This document shows positions 53,942 to 64,000 of a stretch of 64,000 nt of DNA, piece by piece. The notes under the pieces are model-generated. The model was not told the origin of the DNA, searched no databases, and saw nothing but the letters and a program-made list of their open reading frames with translations. How positions within the stretch are numbered: the first letter of the stretch is position 1; every line of letters starts with the position of its first letter. Origin of the DNA: Octopus bimaculoides (lineage: Eukaryota); assembly GCF_001194135.2 (NCBI RefSeq), contig NC_068987.1, positions 69,425,937-69,489,936 on the forward strand. Reading direction: 5' to 3'. A program made the position numbers and the translations under genes.

Positions 53942-55467
53942 TCTATTTATCTATTGATATCTCTCTTTCAATGGTATCTCTGTTCTGTGTTCCACTTCCT
54001 TCTCTTACATTTTCGACTTCCCCCGTACCATGCAGAAACATCAGTACAAATTACTGAGCTAAAGTCTGACTGACATACAAATTAACAAGACAGGCGAGCT
54101 ACGCACATAGACAAACGAATAAGCTCCAAGAGAGCGTGACGTGGCTTCTAGTCCGACAGAGAAACACTGCAAGATACAGAAAAACTTTAGAAGCTTGCCA
54201 AGCCGATGCAATTACTGAAAGAATCCTAACCAGTGACGTTCTTTGCTTAATAAGGCCTTCACCATTTTTATTTCCCAAAGGCCAAACTTTAATCGTGTGT
54301 CTCCATTTTATGCACAACACACAAAGACAACACAAAAATATTACAAGATGCAAACAACAAAAGTACACATAGAAGTGAAGCTCTTATTTAATTGTTATAT
54401 TTCGTCTTTGTTTTGTCTTTTCTCTTTCTTTCATTTTTGGTTCTCTTTTATGTATTTTTTTTCATCTGTATTCTTCTGAAGGATTGCCTACCACTGAAAG
54501 AGTATTTAATAATTACTTCATCTATTTGTGCTCATGTTCGAAGTTTGCTGGCTTTACAAAAGATATTTAAAAAAAAAATCTTCTAAAAACAAGGAAGATC
54601 CTCGGATATTTGTACAAACTTGCATATACAAGCGATCGGACGACCTAGTAACACGTACACCACTGAATACATAAACTTAATGCATAAGTACAGATACGCC
54701 GATATATGTACATACATACCTATATATATGTGTGTGTTCGTGTATATATATATAAATATATATACATGCATGTATATGAGTGTCCATGTATATGCATTCA
54801 AGTTTAACTACATATTCACGTATGCGTCCATACGTATGCATAATTACTTACATAAGTATGTGTATGTATATATGTATATATNNNNNNNNNNCGGACGACC
54901 TAGTAACACGTACACCACTGAATACATAAACTTAATGCATAAGTACAGATACGCCGATATATGTACATACATACCTATATATATGTGTGTGTTCGTGTAT
55001 ATATATATAAATATATTTATGTGTATGTGTGTGTATGTATGTGCATGCACACAGACGCACGCTCAAACATGCACGCGCACACATGCACACAGACCTGTTG
55101 ACAAAGAGAGGTATACGTGCAACGGTCACAAAGGAGCATAAGTTAATATATGCGTCTAAATGCAGGAATTAAGAAGGGATTTTCCTTTGCCAATATTTAT
55201 TATTGGTCCAATAAGTACATATGCATACACAAAACTGCATGATGAAATCCTAAGTCCGAAAAAATAAAGGATTTGATTAACAACTCATTGCTTCTGAGTT
55301 CATATACTTGGTATATATTCATTCCTGCCTGTTGTCAAGCGTAGAAAATTTCAAACTACCTAATATTAAGCCACTCGGAGAAAGCTCAGCGAATTGTCGG
55401 TGAAAGCAACTTTGATAGATGAGACTGTTGCAAACTTAAAAAATAGGCTTGTATTCCTTCTTCTTAG

Positions 55468-55510
55468 ATCTACTGTAGATAACCCAAACAATCAAGAGAA
55501 ATTCGTACAG
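55468..55510 (+). CDS. Candidate 43-nt phase 2-0 exon, unidentified protein
   Basis: Acceptor ttgtattccttcttcttag and donor CAG|GTACGT. Frame (R)STVDNPNNQEKFVQ, phase-compatible with 52421-52471. Confidence 0.35.
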
Positions 55511-55634
55511 GTACGTATGTATGCATCTATTCATATGTCTACCTTTATTGGTACGTATGTATACATGTGTGACTATACCTTTGTGATTTTGCATTGCTGC
55601 GTATGTGAGCGGTTTTGTGAGTGTGTATGTATGT

Positions 55635-55700
<66 letters not shown>

Positions 55701-56494
55701 GTGTGTGTGTGTGTGTGCGCACACACACACACACGTACGTACCGACACGAGTACACACACGCGTACACATATACAAGCCTAATTATATAGGTAAAGTATA
55801 TGATTAGCAAGCGTAGATAATATATGTACTTTTTGATGAAATTTATCCACGGTCACTCTGTGCCAGTAGTTGGTAGGAAAGAATACCCACCGTCACCGCA
55901 TGTACTGATATGGCTATTCATTAAATTATTTGAGCCTAATTACATTCGTCTTAGCCAGGGAAGCCAGCACTCCTGATTAGTCGAAAGTAACTAGGCGAAT
56001 ATCATCGAAAGTTTATGCAGTTTGATCCGTGTTCAAATCTTCTGCGTGGAATCTTGAAAAATTATTAGGAAAACTTCGCGTCCACCGAAGCTCTATGGAA
56101 GACAATAAGTGATAACACACTAATTCAGCCTCGGGATTATTTTAAGTGAACATGTGTTTGCGTCAACTGAGGCACTTAATACATAACACTCGAATNNNNN
56201 NNNNNATATATCTGTCTGTCTCTCACAGTCTTTCTTTCCATATGGATGTGAAATTTTGTAATTTATTGCTAAGTAAAGCTATTTGCCTGAGGACCACCTA
56301 TGTTACTACTGTTGATACCATCAACTTTAAGTTTTATCCACAGATGATGTATTAACAGTAGTGACATCTTATTTCAAATCTTAGTGCTTGAATGTTTTGC
56401 TTATATATATATATATATATACACCGGAGTAAGCACATAAAATATTTCTAACAAAACTGTCCGATTAACGGGAACATGAAACTCCGAGTAACAG

Positions 56495-56915
56495 TCAGTT
56501 TCATTTCTGTATTTCTTGTCCATAGAGAGAGAGCCGGACTCTAACATAGATTCAAGGCTCCTTCATTGGAACTTTTATCAACATCATCTAGGTATTTGTG
56601 CATATGTGTGTGTGTGTGCAGTATTTGGTGTTAGTGTATGCGCAGATTTGTATGTTTGTTTTATGGATGCGTTTTTATGTCTAGATGCATGCATATGTAT
56701 TTATGTGCTAAATTTTTGGAAAGTTTTACATATTTTACAGTTCCATTGATGGCTTGAATCTGTAGTCTTCTAATCAGCCTTTTTCTTTCAGGTTTTGAGA
56801 ACCCTAGTTTTTCCAGGTTTTTGTTGAGGCAGTTCGTTACATATCCCAATGCCCCAACAATCACGGGTATGAATCTGAACTTGTAGTCTGGGTGGAGTAT
56901 CTGTAAATTCCTCAG
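56495..56915 (-). mobile_element. RLE-type (R4/Dong-like) non-LTR retrotransposon 3' end and putative 3' UTR
   Basis: Minus strand: LRNLQILHPDYKFRFIPVIVGALGYVTNCLNKNLEKLGFSKPERKRLIRRLQIQAINGTVK. This is the P(V/I)(I/V)(V/I)GALG...L..LG...Q...I.GT motif at the C-terminus of RLE domains. The UTR extent is inferred. Confidence 0.85.
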
Positions 56916-57881
56916 NNNNNNNNNNNNNNNNNNNNNNNNNNNNNNNNNNNNNNNNNNNNNNNNNNNNNNNNNNNNNNNNNNNNNNNNNNNNNNNNNNNNN
57001 NNNNNNNNNNNNNNNNNNNNNNNNNNNNNNNNNNNNNNNNNNNNNNNNNNNNNNNNNNNNNNNNNNNNNNNNNNNNNNNNNNNNNNNNNNNNNNNNNNNN
57101 NNNNNNNNNNNNNNNNNNNNNNNNNNNNNNNNNNNNNNNNNNNNNNNNNNNNNNNNNNNNNNNNNNNNNNNNNNNNNNNNNNNNNNNNNNNNNNNNNNNN
57201 NNNNNNNNNNNNNNNNNNNNNNNNNNNNNNNNNNNNNNNNNNNNNNNNNNNNNNNNNNNNNNNNNNNNNNNNNNNNNNNNNNNNNNNNNNNNNNNNNNNN
57301 NNNNNNNNNNNNNNNNNNNNNNNNNNNNNNNNNNNNNNNNNNNNNNNNNNNNNNNNNNNNNNNNNNNNNNNNNNNNNNNNNNNNNNNNNNNNNNNNNNNN
57401 NNNNNNNNNNNNNNNNNNNNNNNNNNNNNNNNNNNNNNNNNNNNNNNNNNNNNNNNNNNNNNNNNNNNNNNNNNNNNNNNNNNNNNNNNNNNNNNNNNNN
57501 NNNNNNNNNNNNNNNNNNNNNNNNNNNNNNNNNNNNNNNNNNNNNNNNNNNNNNNNNNNNNNNNNNNNNNNNNNNNNNNNNNNNNNNNNNNNNNNNNNNN
57601 NNNNNNNNNNNNNNNNNNNNNNNNNNNNNNNNNNNNNNNNNNNNNNNNNNNNNNNNNNNNNNNNNNNNNNNNNNNNNNNNNNNNNNNNNNNNNNNNNNNN
57701 NNNNNTTGGTTGAAATTACAGAAATACGACAACTTTAACATGGAATAATTTATGGATTTCTTTTTTTTTTAAGAAGACTAAGAGAAAAAGATGTTTTATA
57801 TGACACATTCTACCAGTGTTCCAAGTTTCAAAGTGTTTCATTAATGAAAAATGTGGCCCCCGTTTTAAAAAAGATCCGTAG

Positions 57882-57962
57882 ACTGTCCCAGATTACTATA
57901 TCCGGTCTATTATGTCTGCACTTTATTGAGGTTTTTATTGGGACATTCCACCAATACTCTTT
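57882..57962 (-). mobile_element. RLE-domain fragment (PD motif) of an R4/Dong-like element
   Basis: EYWWNVPIKTSIKCRHNRPDIVIWDS matches the W..PI.T....HNRPDIV..D catalytic PD-(D/E)xK segment. Its 5' end is joined to a (TACA)n tract. Confidence 0.85.
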
Positions 57963-57963
57963 C

Positions 57964-57994
<31 letters not shown>

Positions 57995-58212
57995 TGTATG
58001 TATGTACGTACGTATATATGTATGCATGTATGTGTGTGTGTATACATGTATACATATATAATGCGCATATATGTGCATATTCCTTGACTATATATATGTA
58101 TATCATTCAGTTCCTTCGTTAAATGTTTGCTGCTGCTCATCAGTTGTCGAATCAAACTTTATGTGTGTTTCTGCGTAAGACTATGTTTTATATACACATA
58201 CATACATATATG

Positions 58213-58253
<41 letters not shown>

Positions 58254-58572
58254 NNNNNNNNNNNNNNNNNNNNNNNNNNNNNNNNNNNNNNNNNNNNNNN
58301 NNNNNNNNNNNNNNNNNNNNNNNNNNNNNNNNNNNNNNNNNNNNNNNNNNNNNNNNNNNNNNNNNNNNNNNNNNNNNNNNNNNNNNNNNNNNNNNNNNNN
58401 NNNNNNNNNNNNNNNNNNNNNNNNNNNNNNNNNNNNNNNNNNNNNNNNNNNNNNNNNNNNNNNNNNNNNNNNNNNNNNNNNNNNNNNNNNNNNNNNNNNN
58501 NNNNNNNNNNNNNNNNNNNNNNNNNNNNNNNNNNNNNNNNNNNNNNNNNNNNNNNNNNNNNNNNNNNNNNNN

Positions 58573-58622
<50 letters not shown>

Positions 58623-59590
58623 TCATATACATATGAATGTATGCATGTAAGAAGAAATATGTAATGAATATGCATATATGTACATTGACATACATAAGTG
58701 CGTGTGACTATGTGTCCACACATGTATGTATGCATGTGAGTGTACACACATGTATATTTGCAATTATGGAGATGATTGCATGCATGATCTGTATGTCTTT
58801 ACTTAAGCATGCTTACGCATACACATGTTTGCATGTCTATTAACTACGTATATGCAGACATTGCATGCCAGACTCCATAGCGCAGTAATTTCCTAATTAC
58901 TCGTGTCCTTTCTGGTTTTGTAAATTTCAGCTTCTCAAGGTTGAGCATGAGACAACTTGTTACAAATACGTGTGCCTAATAATTAGAGTAATAAATCTAA
59001 AACTACACAGAACTTGTGAAGTGATGGAATGTTTTTCATTAGTTCTCTATACAGGTTTTAGTTTCCACTAAATTTATAAATTTATGTTAACATTTCCTGT
59101 GCATTGAATTCTACTAACGTGCGAATTTTTTTTTCTTGTCTTACAACAGTATATATGTTCTGCTCATCTTTCTCTGAGATATAGATTATAATACGCCACC
59201 ATTTTATTTTTCATCGTATTGTAAGACATTTATTTTGTCCTTCACATCAGTGTAAATTTTTATACGTATAGCTTCAGAACACTCTTTCTTTAGATAGCTG
59301 TGTACAATCATCTAATCATGACGTAATGATTTGATACATTTTATCAAGGTGCCGTTTGAGGATATCAATTAAAGATATGTGTGAAATATTTAGAGTTAAT
59401 TCCCCAGCTATCTGCATCCGTCGTCGAATTATGTTTATCCTCACGTCTTTTGTGTATTAAGAAATCCTTGCTTTTGTCTTAACCTTCACTTGTAAAAATA
59501 TAACCTTCAATATATGTATGAGCTGTAGGGATATTCACACACTAATTATGCAATTATAAACACCCACACATACACCTACACATGCATATG

Positions 59591-59641
<51 letters not shown>

Positions 59642-59651
59642 CTGTGTCTGT

Positions 59652-59707
<56 letters not shown>

Positions 59708-61459
59708 AGCGAAAAAAGAAGGAGATTAACTTGATAGAGAATGGATAAATTCTATGGCGTAAAATAATCTGAAGTAATTTTAAGAAATCCTAAATTTAAT
59801 CACTGCTGGAGAAACTGTGTTGAAATACAAAATTAGAGATAATTTTGATAGCTATGAAATGATTAAGAAGGTAGGCTTCAGATTAATGAAATTGTGTTAC
59901 AGCTCCAAGTGAGAGTATCAGAAACAAGTGGGAGATGGAATTAGACTGACGGAGAAAGAATGTGAAAGAGTGGTATCAAACTGAACAGCTTGCAAGACTT
60001 CTTCCATTTTCCCGGACCATAAACCTAATACATTATGTCCACTTACGTTTTAACTTGTCATTTTTTGTAACTCAAAATATATTGAAATTCCGGCAAATAT
60101 GAAAATATACGTATTGCATGAAGAGATAAATTCTCACATAGCCAAATAAACATATAAACACAGAGCAATAAATACATAGAAATATGTTCATACATATACA
60201 AACACATACACATACATGCATACATAAATACATACATACATACATACATACATACATACATACATACATTCATGTATGTATATATATATANNNNNNNNNN
60301 NNNNNNNNNNNNNNNNNNNNNNNNNNNNNNNNNNNNNNNNNNNNNNNNNNNNNNNNNNNNNNNNNNNNNNNNNNNNNNNNNNNNNNNNNNNNNNNNNNNN
60401 NNNNNNNNNNNNNNNNNNNNNNNNNNNNNNNNNNNNNNNNNNNNNNNNNNNNNNNNNNNNNNNNNNNNNNNNNNNNNNNNNNNNNNNNNNNNNNNNNNNN
60501 NNNNNNNNNNNNNNNNNNNNNNNNNNNNNNNNNNNNNNNNNNNNNNTATATATATATATATATATGTATATCTTTCCTTTCCTGAGGTCCAATAACACTG
60601 TACTTATTCCACGTCCTCACATTGTTTTTTCGTGTTTTTATAATATTACATATAAAGATAAGACAAGTACTTTCATCGTTACCGCAATCTTCAGGTTTAC
60701 AAAGAAGCTGATTTGACCGACAGTTATGTTTGGTAACTGATAACTGTCCGAATGTACGTGTATATCTGTGCTCGTGTTCGTCTGAGAGAGAGCGCGAGAG
60801 AGAGAAGAGATTGTGTAGTTTTAGAATGTCACTAGAATGAAATCCCCCCTTCAAGATTGCAAAGTCAAAAGAAAAATCTGGGATTATATGGGGTTCAAAT
60901 GTATAAAGGCGAACAGGATGTTATCTACTTAAGGAGGTGAGTGATAATGTTTTCAGGTGTGTTTTATATGGTTTCATATTGTAGCTAGAACTAAAGTAAT
61001 TCATTATAAGATATTCGTCATTAAAATTTATAAGATATTGTTACACAAATCACTTTATATATGTTGCTTGTTATTCGGTCCAGAGATTAGATTTAAGCCT
61101 AAATAAAGTTAAAGGTATTGTAAATATTTTAATATTTATTAGGGTTGAAAGTTGCACCAAATTATGATTACTACAGTGTTGGGATCACTTGTAGAGAAAA
61201 AATAATGCAAAAAGACGAAAAGATATTATAAACATAATGTATTATTCTTTTTGCTACTGGCATGTTTATTTTGAAGAATCTTTGAATTTGCGATTTCTTC
61301 CCATTGCAAGTGGACCTCGTTCTGATTGTCATTCGGTCATCATGATTCCACCACAAAATGCGCAGTTAAACTGAATATGTGTATGTATGTATGTAGGCTT
61401 AAATGTATATGTGTATATGTATATATATACACATACACACATCATATACATATATATAA

Positions 61460-61499
<40 letters not shown>

Positions 61500-61735
61500 N
61501 NNNNNNNNNNNNNNNNNNNNNNNNNNNNNNNNNNNNNNNNNNNNNNNNNNNNNNNNNNNNNNNNNNNNNNNNNNNNNNNNNNNNNNNNNNNNNNNNNNNN
61601 NNNNNNNNNNNNNNNNNNNNNNNNNNNNNNNNNNNNNNNNNNNNNNNNNNNNNNNNNNNNNNNNNNNNNNNNNNNNNNNNNNNNNNNNNNNNNNNNNNNN
61701 NNNNNNNNNNNNNNNNNNNNNNNNNNNNNNNNNNN

Positions 61736-61766
<31 letters not shown>

Positions 61767-62418
61767 TACATGTGTTTGCGTGTGTAAGTGTATGGATGTG
61801 TGTGTGCGTGTGTTGAAATATGCATATATATATACGCATACACATATACACGGATATACATATATAAACATAAAAATGACGACTAGAAAAAAATGAGCAA
61901 GTGATGCAGGAATTTAGAAGGTGCCAATTGTTAGGAATGGTTACGTCGCAGTTTAGAGAAATAGAGATAGAATAGAAATAAAGAGAGAGTGGTGGGATAG
62001 AGACAGAATGTACAATAACTAAAAAGACAGTATAAACTACGTAAAGAAAATAACAAATAGTAAAAATGATGAGCAAAAACTGCTCATTTTGCTAGCTTGC
62101 TGCTGTATTGGTCTGTGTGCGTGCGTTCGTGTGTTTCTTGATTACATGCATGTGCTTTTTGTATGGTGTGGTATCTAGGATGGTGTTAGGCAACACCTAT
62201 GTGTGAATATAGTGACAATACTGTTTAGCCATGCATTCCTAATCCCTGCTCTTAGAATTTGACAAGATCGTCATCAAGTAAATCCCACATTCTGGACTAC
62301 GACAATATCTTAATGAATGCGGATTAGTCTTAACAGCCCACCTAATAAACACTGGCATCGCTATCGGATGAAGCCAGATTGCTTAGCCCTGTATGTTGTT
62401 CACAGAGAGCAAGAGAGA

Positions 62419-62462
<44 letters not shown>

Positions 62463-63145
62463 GCGAATGACGAGGACAATGAGTGGGGGAGGAGAAAAGA
62501 AAGTGAAATAGAAGTGTGTAATGAAATATAAAGGTTGGGAGGAAAAGAGCAAATAAGCAAAATACATTGAATAGCAGAGAGATGGTGAATAAGATGAGAA
62601 ATCTAGAAAGATGAAAGTGAGAGGAAATCAAGTAAAGAGAGTGAGAGAGATGGCTGTGATAAAATGCGAAAATTAGAGAAACGGTAGATGTGAACTAGTC
62701 GGGAAGAGAAATGACAAAGGGAGAAGAAGACGCAAATGAAGTGTAAGAAGGAAAGGAAGAGAAAGAAAATTTTGATAGATGAGATGTAATAGTGAGGATA
62801 TTTAAGTCAAACTGAGGGGGTGAGGTGGGGATTTGTCAAGACAGTGTTGAATGTGAATAAAGCAAGGAGAGGGACAGATGTAAAATGAATGACGGAATGA
62901 ATACTGGGATGATGGGGTTGAGCAGAAGGTGTAAAATAGTGGAAACGACACGATCTAGAGATACTCCCCTATCATCCTTATAAGCGCCTGGATAACATGG
63001 AATACATGTGGAAACATGTTACTTGCGTGTTCTTGAGTATAATGAATGAATATATGTCTGCTTGTGTGCTTCTTTGTTTGTTTGTTTGAGTGTATGTGTG
63101 AGAGAGAGAGAGAGAGAGAAAAAAAAGAGAGAAAGAGAGAGAGAG

Positions 63146-63206
<61 letters not shown>

Positions 63207-63214
63207 TAGCCTCT

Positions 63215-63345
63215 GTTTATTTAAACTGATCTGGTGATCTGTCATTCTGGTGTTTACTCGATGTGTTGCCATTCCCGTCCCAAGAACAGGCAACATGTCA
63301 GGGTTAATTCCAGAGGTGCAAGAAACTAGATCAGATTAAATAAAC
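63215..63345 (+). other. 131-nt fold-back hairpin, candidate structured RNA or pre-miRNA-like
   Basis: Three stacked stems (63215-34/63326-45, 63240-59/63301-20, 63260-70/63289-99) close an 18-nt loop. Pairing was worked out by hand. Confidence 0.5.
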
Positions 63346-63410
63346 TACTACACACTACTATTGTATTAACTACTTTTTCTAGCGTACATTATAAACGAAT
63401 GTATGTGTCG

Positions 63411-63729
63411 TACTATAGCCTCGAGCCGACCAAAGCTTTGTGAGTGGATGTAGTAGACGGATGCTGAAAGAAGCCTGTCGTGTATATATATACACATAAA
63501 TATATTTGTATTTGTGTGTCTGTGTTTGTCCCCACACAATCAGTTGACAACCGATGTTGGTATGTTTACATCCCCGTAACTTAACGGTGCGGCAAAACAG
63601 ACCGATAGACTAAGTACTAGGCTTACAAATAATAAGTCCTGGTGTCGATCTGTTCGACTAAAGGCGGTGCTCCAGCATGGCCGCAGTTAAATGACTGAAA
63701 CAAGTGAAAGAAGAAAAGAAGAAAAGAAT
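63411..63729 (+). mobile_element. SINE family A, 5'-truncated
   Basis: tactatagcctcgagccgaccaaagc...ccagcatggccgcagttaaatgactgaaacaagtgaaag, colinear with 11074-11440 and 14681-15186. Confidence 0.92.
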
Positions 63730-63938
63730 ACCTATGTATATAGATACCTGTGTGCATGAGTGTATGTGAAAGAGACAGTGAAGTGATGCGGAGATGGTCA
63801 CAGTTCACAGGCGTAAGTTATAGAAATGGTACAAAAATCATTGTGTTTGAAAGGTTTGTAATATATATATGTGTCTGTATATGTATGTATATGTATATAA
63901 ATATATGTATGTATATGTATTTATGTCTGTATGCATGC

Positions 63939-64000
<62 letters not shown>

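Noticed and set aside
56526-56591. Apparent 66-nt + strand exon (REPDSNIDSRLLHWNFYQHHL) with good splice sites
   Set aside because: It lies antisense within the presumed 3' UTR of the R4-like element, directly downstream of its ORF end, so it is most simply transposon sequence. Exonisation cannot be excluded without RNA data.

Overview
AT-rich, microsatellite-saturated animal genomic DNA from a draft assembly with many N-gaps, almost all flanked by (TA)n, (CA)n or (CT)n. The two abundant SINE families match, from memory, those of Octopus (coleoid cephalopod), so the taxon is an inference and not a database result. The window looks intronic or intergenic. It holds about 13 SINE copies and decayed LINE fragments (two CR1-like, one RTE, two RLE-type R4-like, possibly one Tx1-like). 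It also holds a decayed mariner, a decayed Tc1/mariner with DD37D (maT-like) spacing, and several Penelope-like terminal repeats. No complete or nameable protein-coding gene is visible. Several short splice-site-bounded open frames exist on both strands, but I cannot assemble them into one gene or fix the strand. Nearly all ORFs in the supplied track are artefacts of simple repeats or N-runs. I found no clearly new multi-gene system. The most interesting signals are structural: a 131-nt hairpin at 63215-63345 with one-sided G-U bias; a 120-bp inverted repeat at 42.5-42.8 kb whose arm differences are almost all G-U compatible on the + strand, next to a hammerhead-core-like motif; and two perfect short palindromes.
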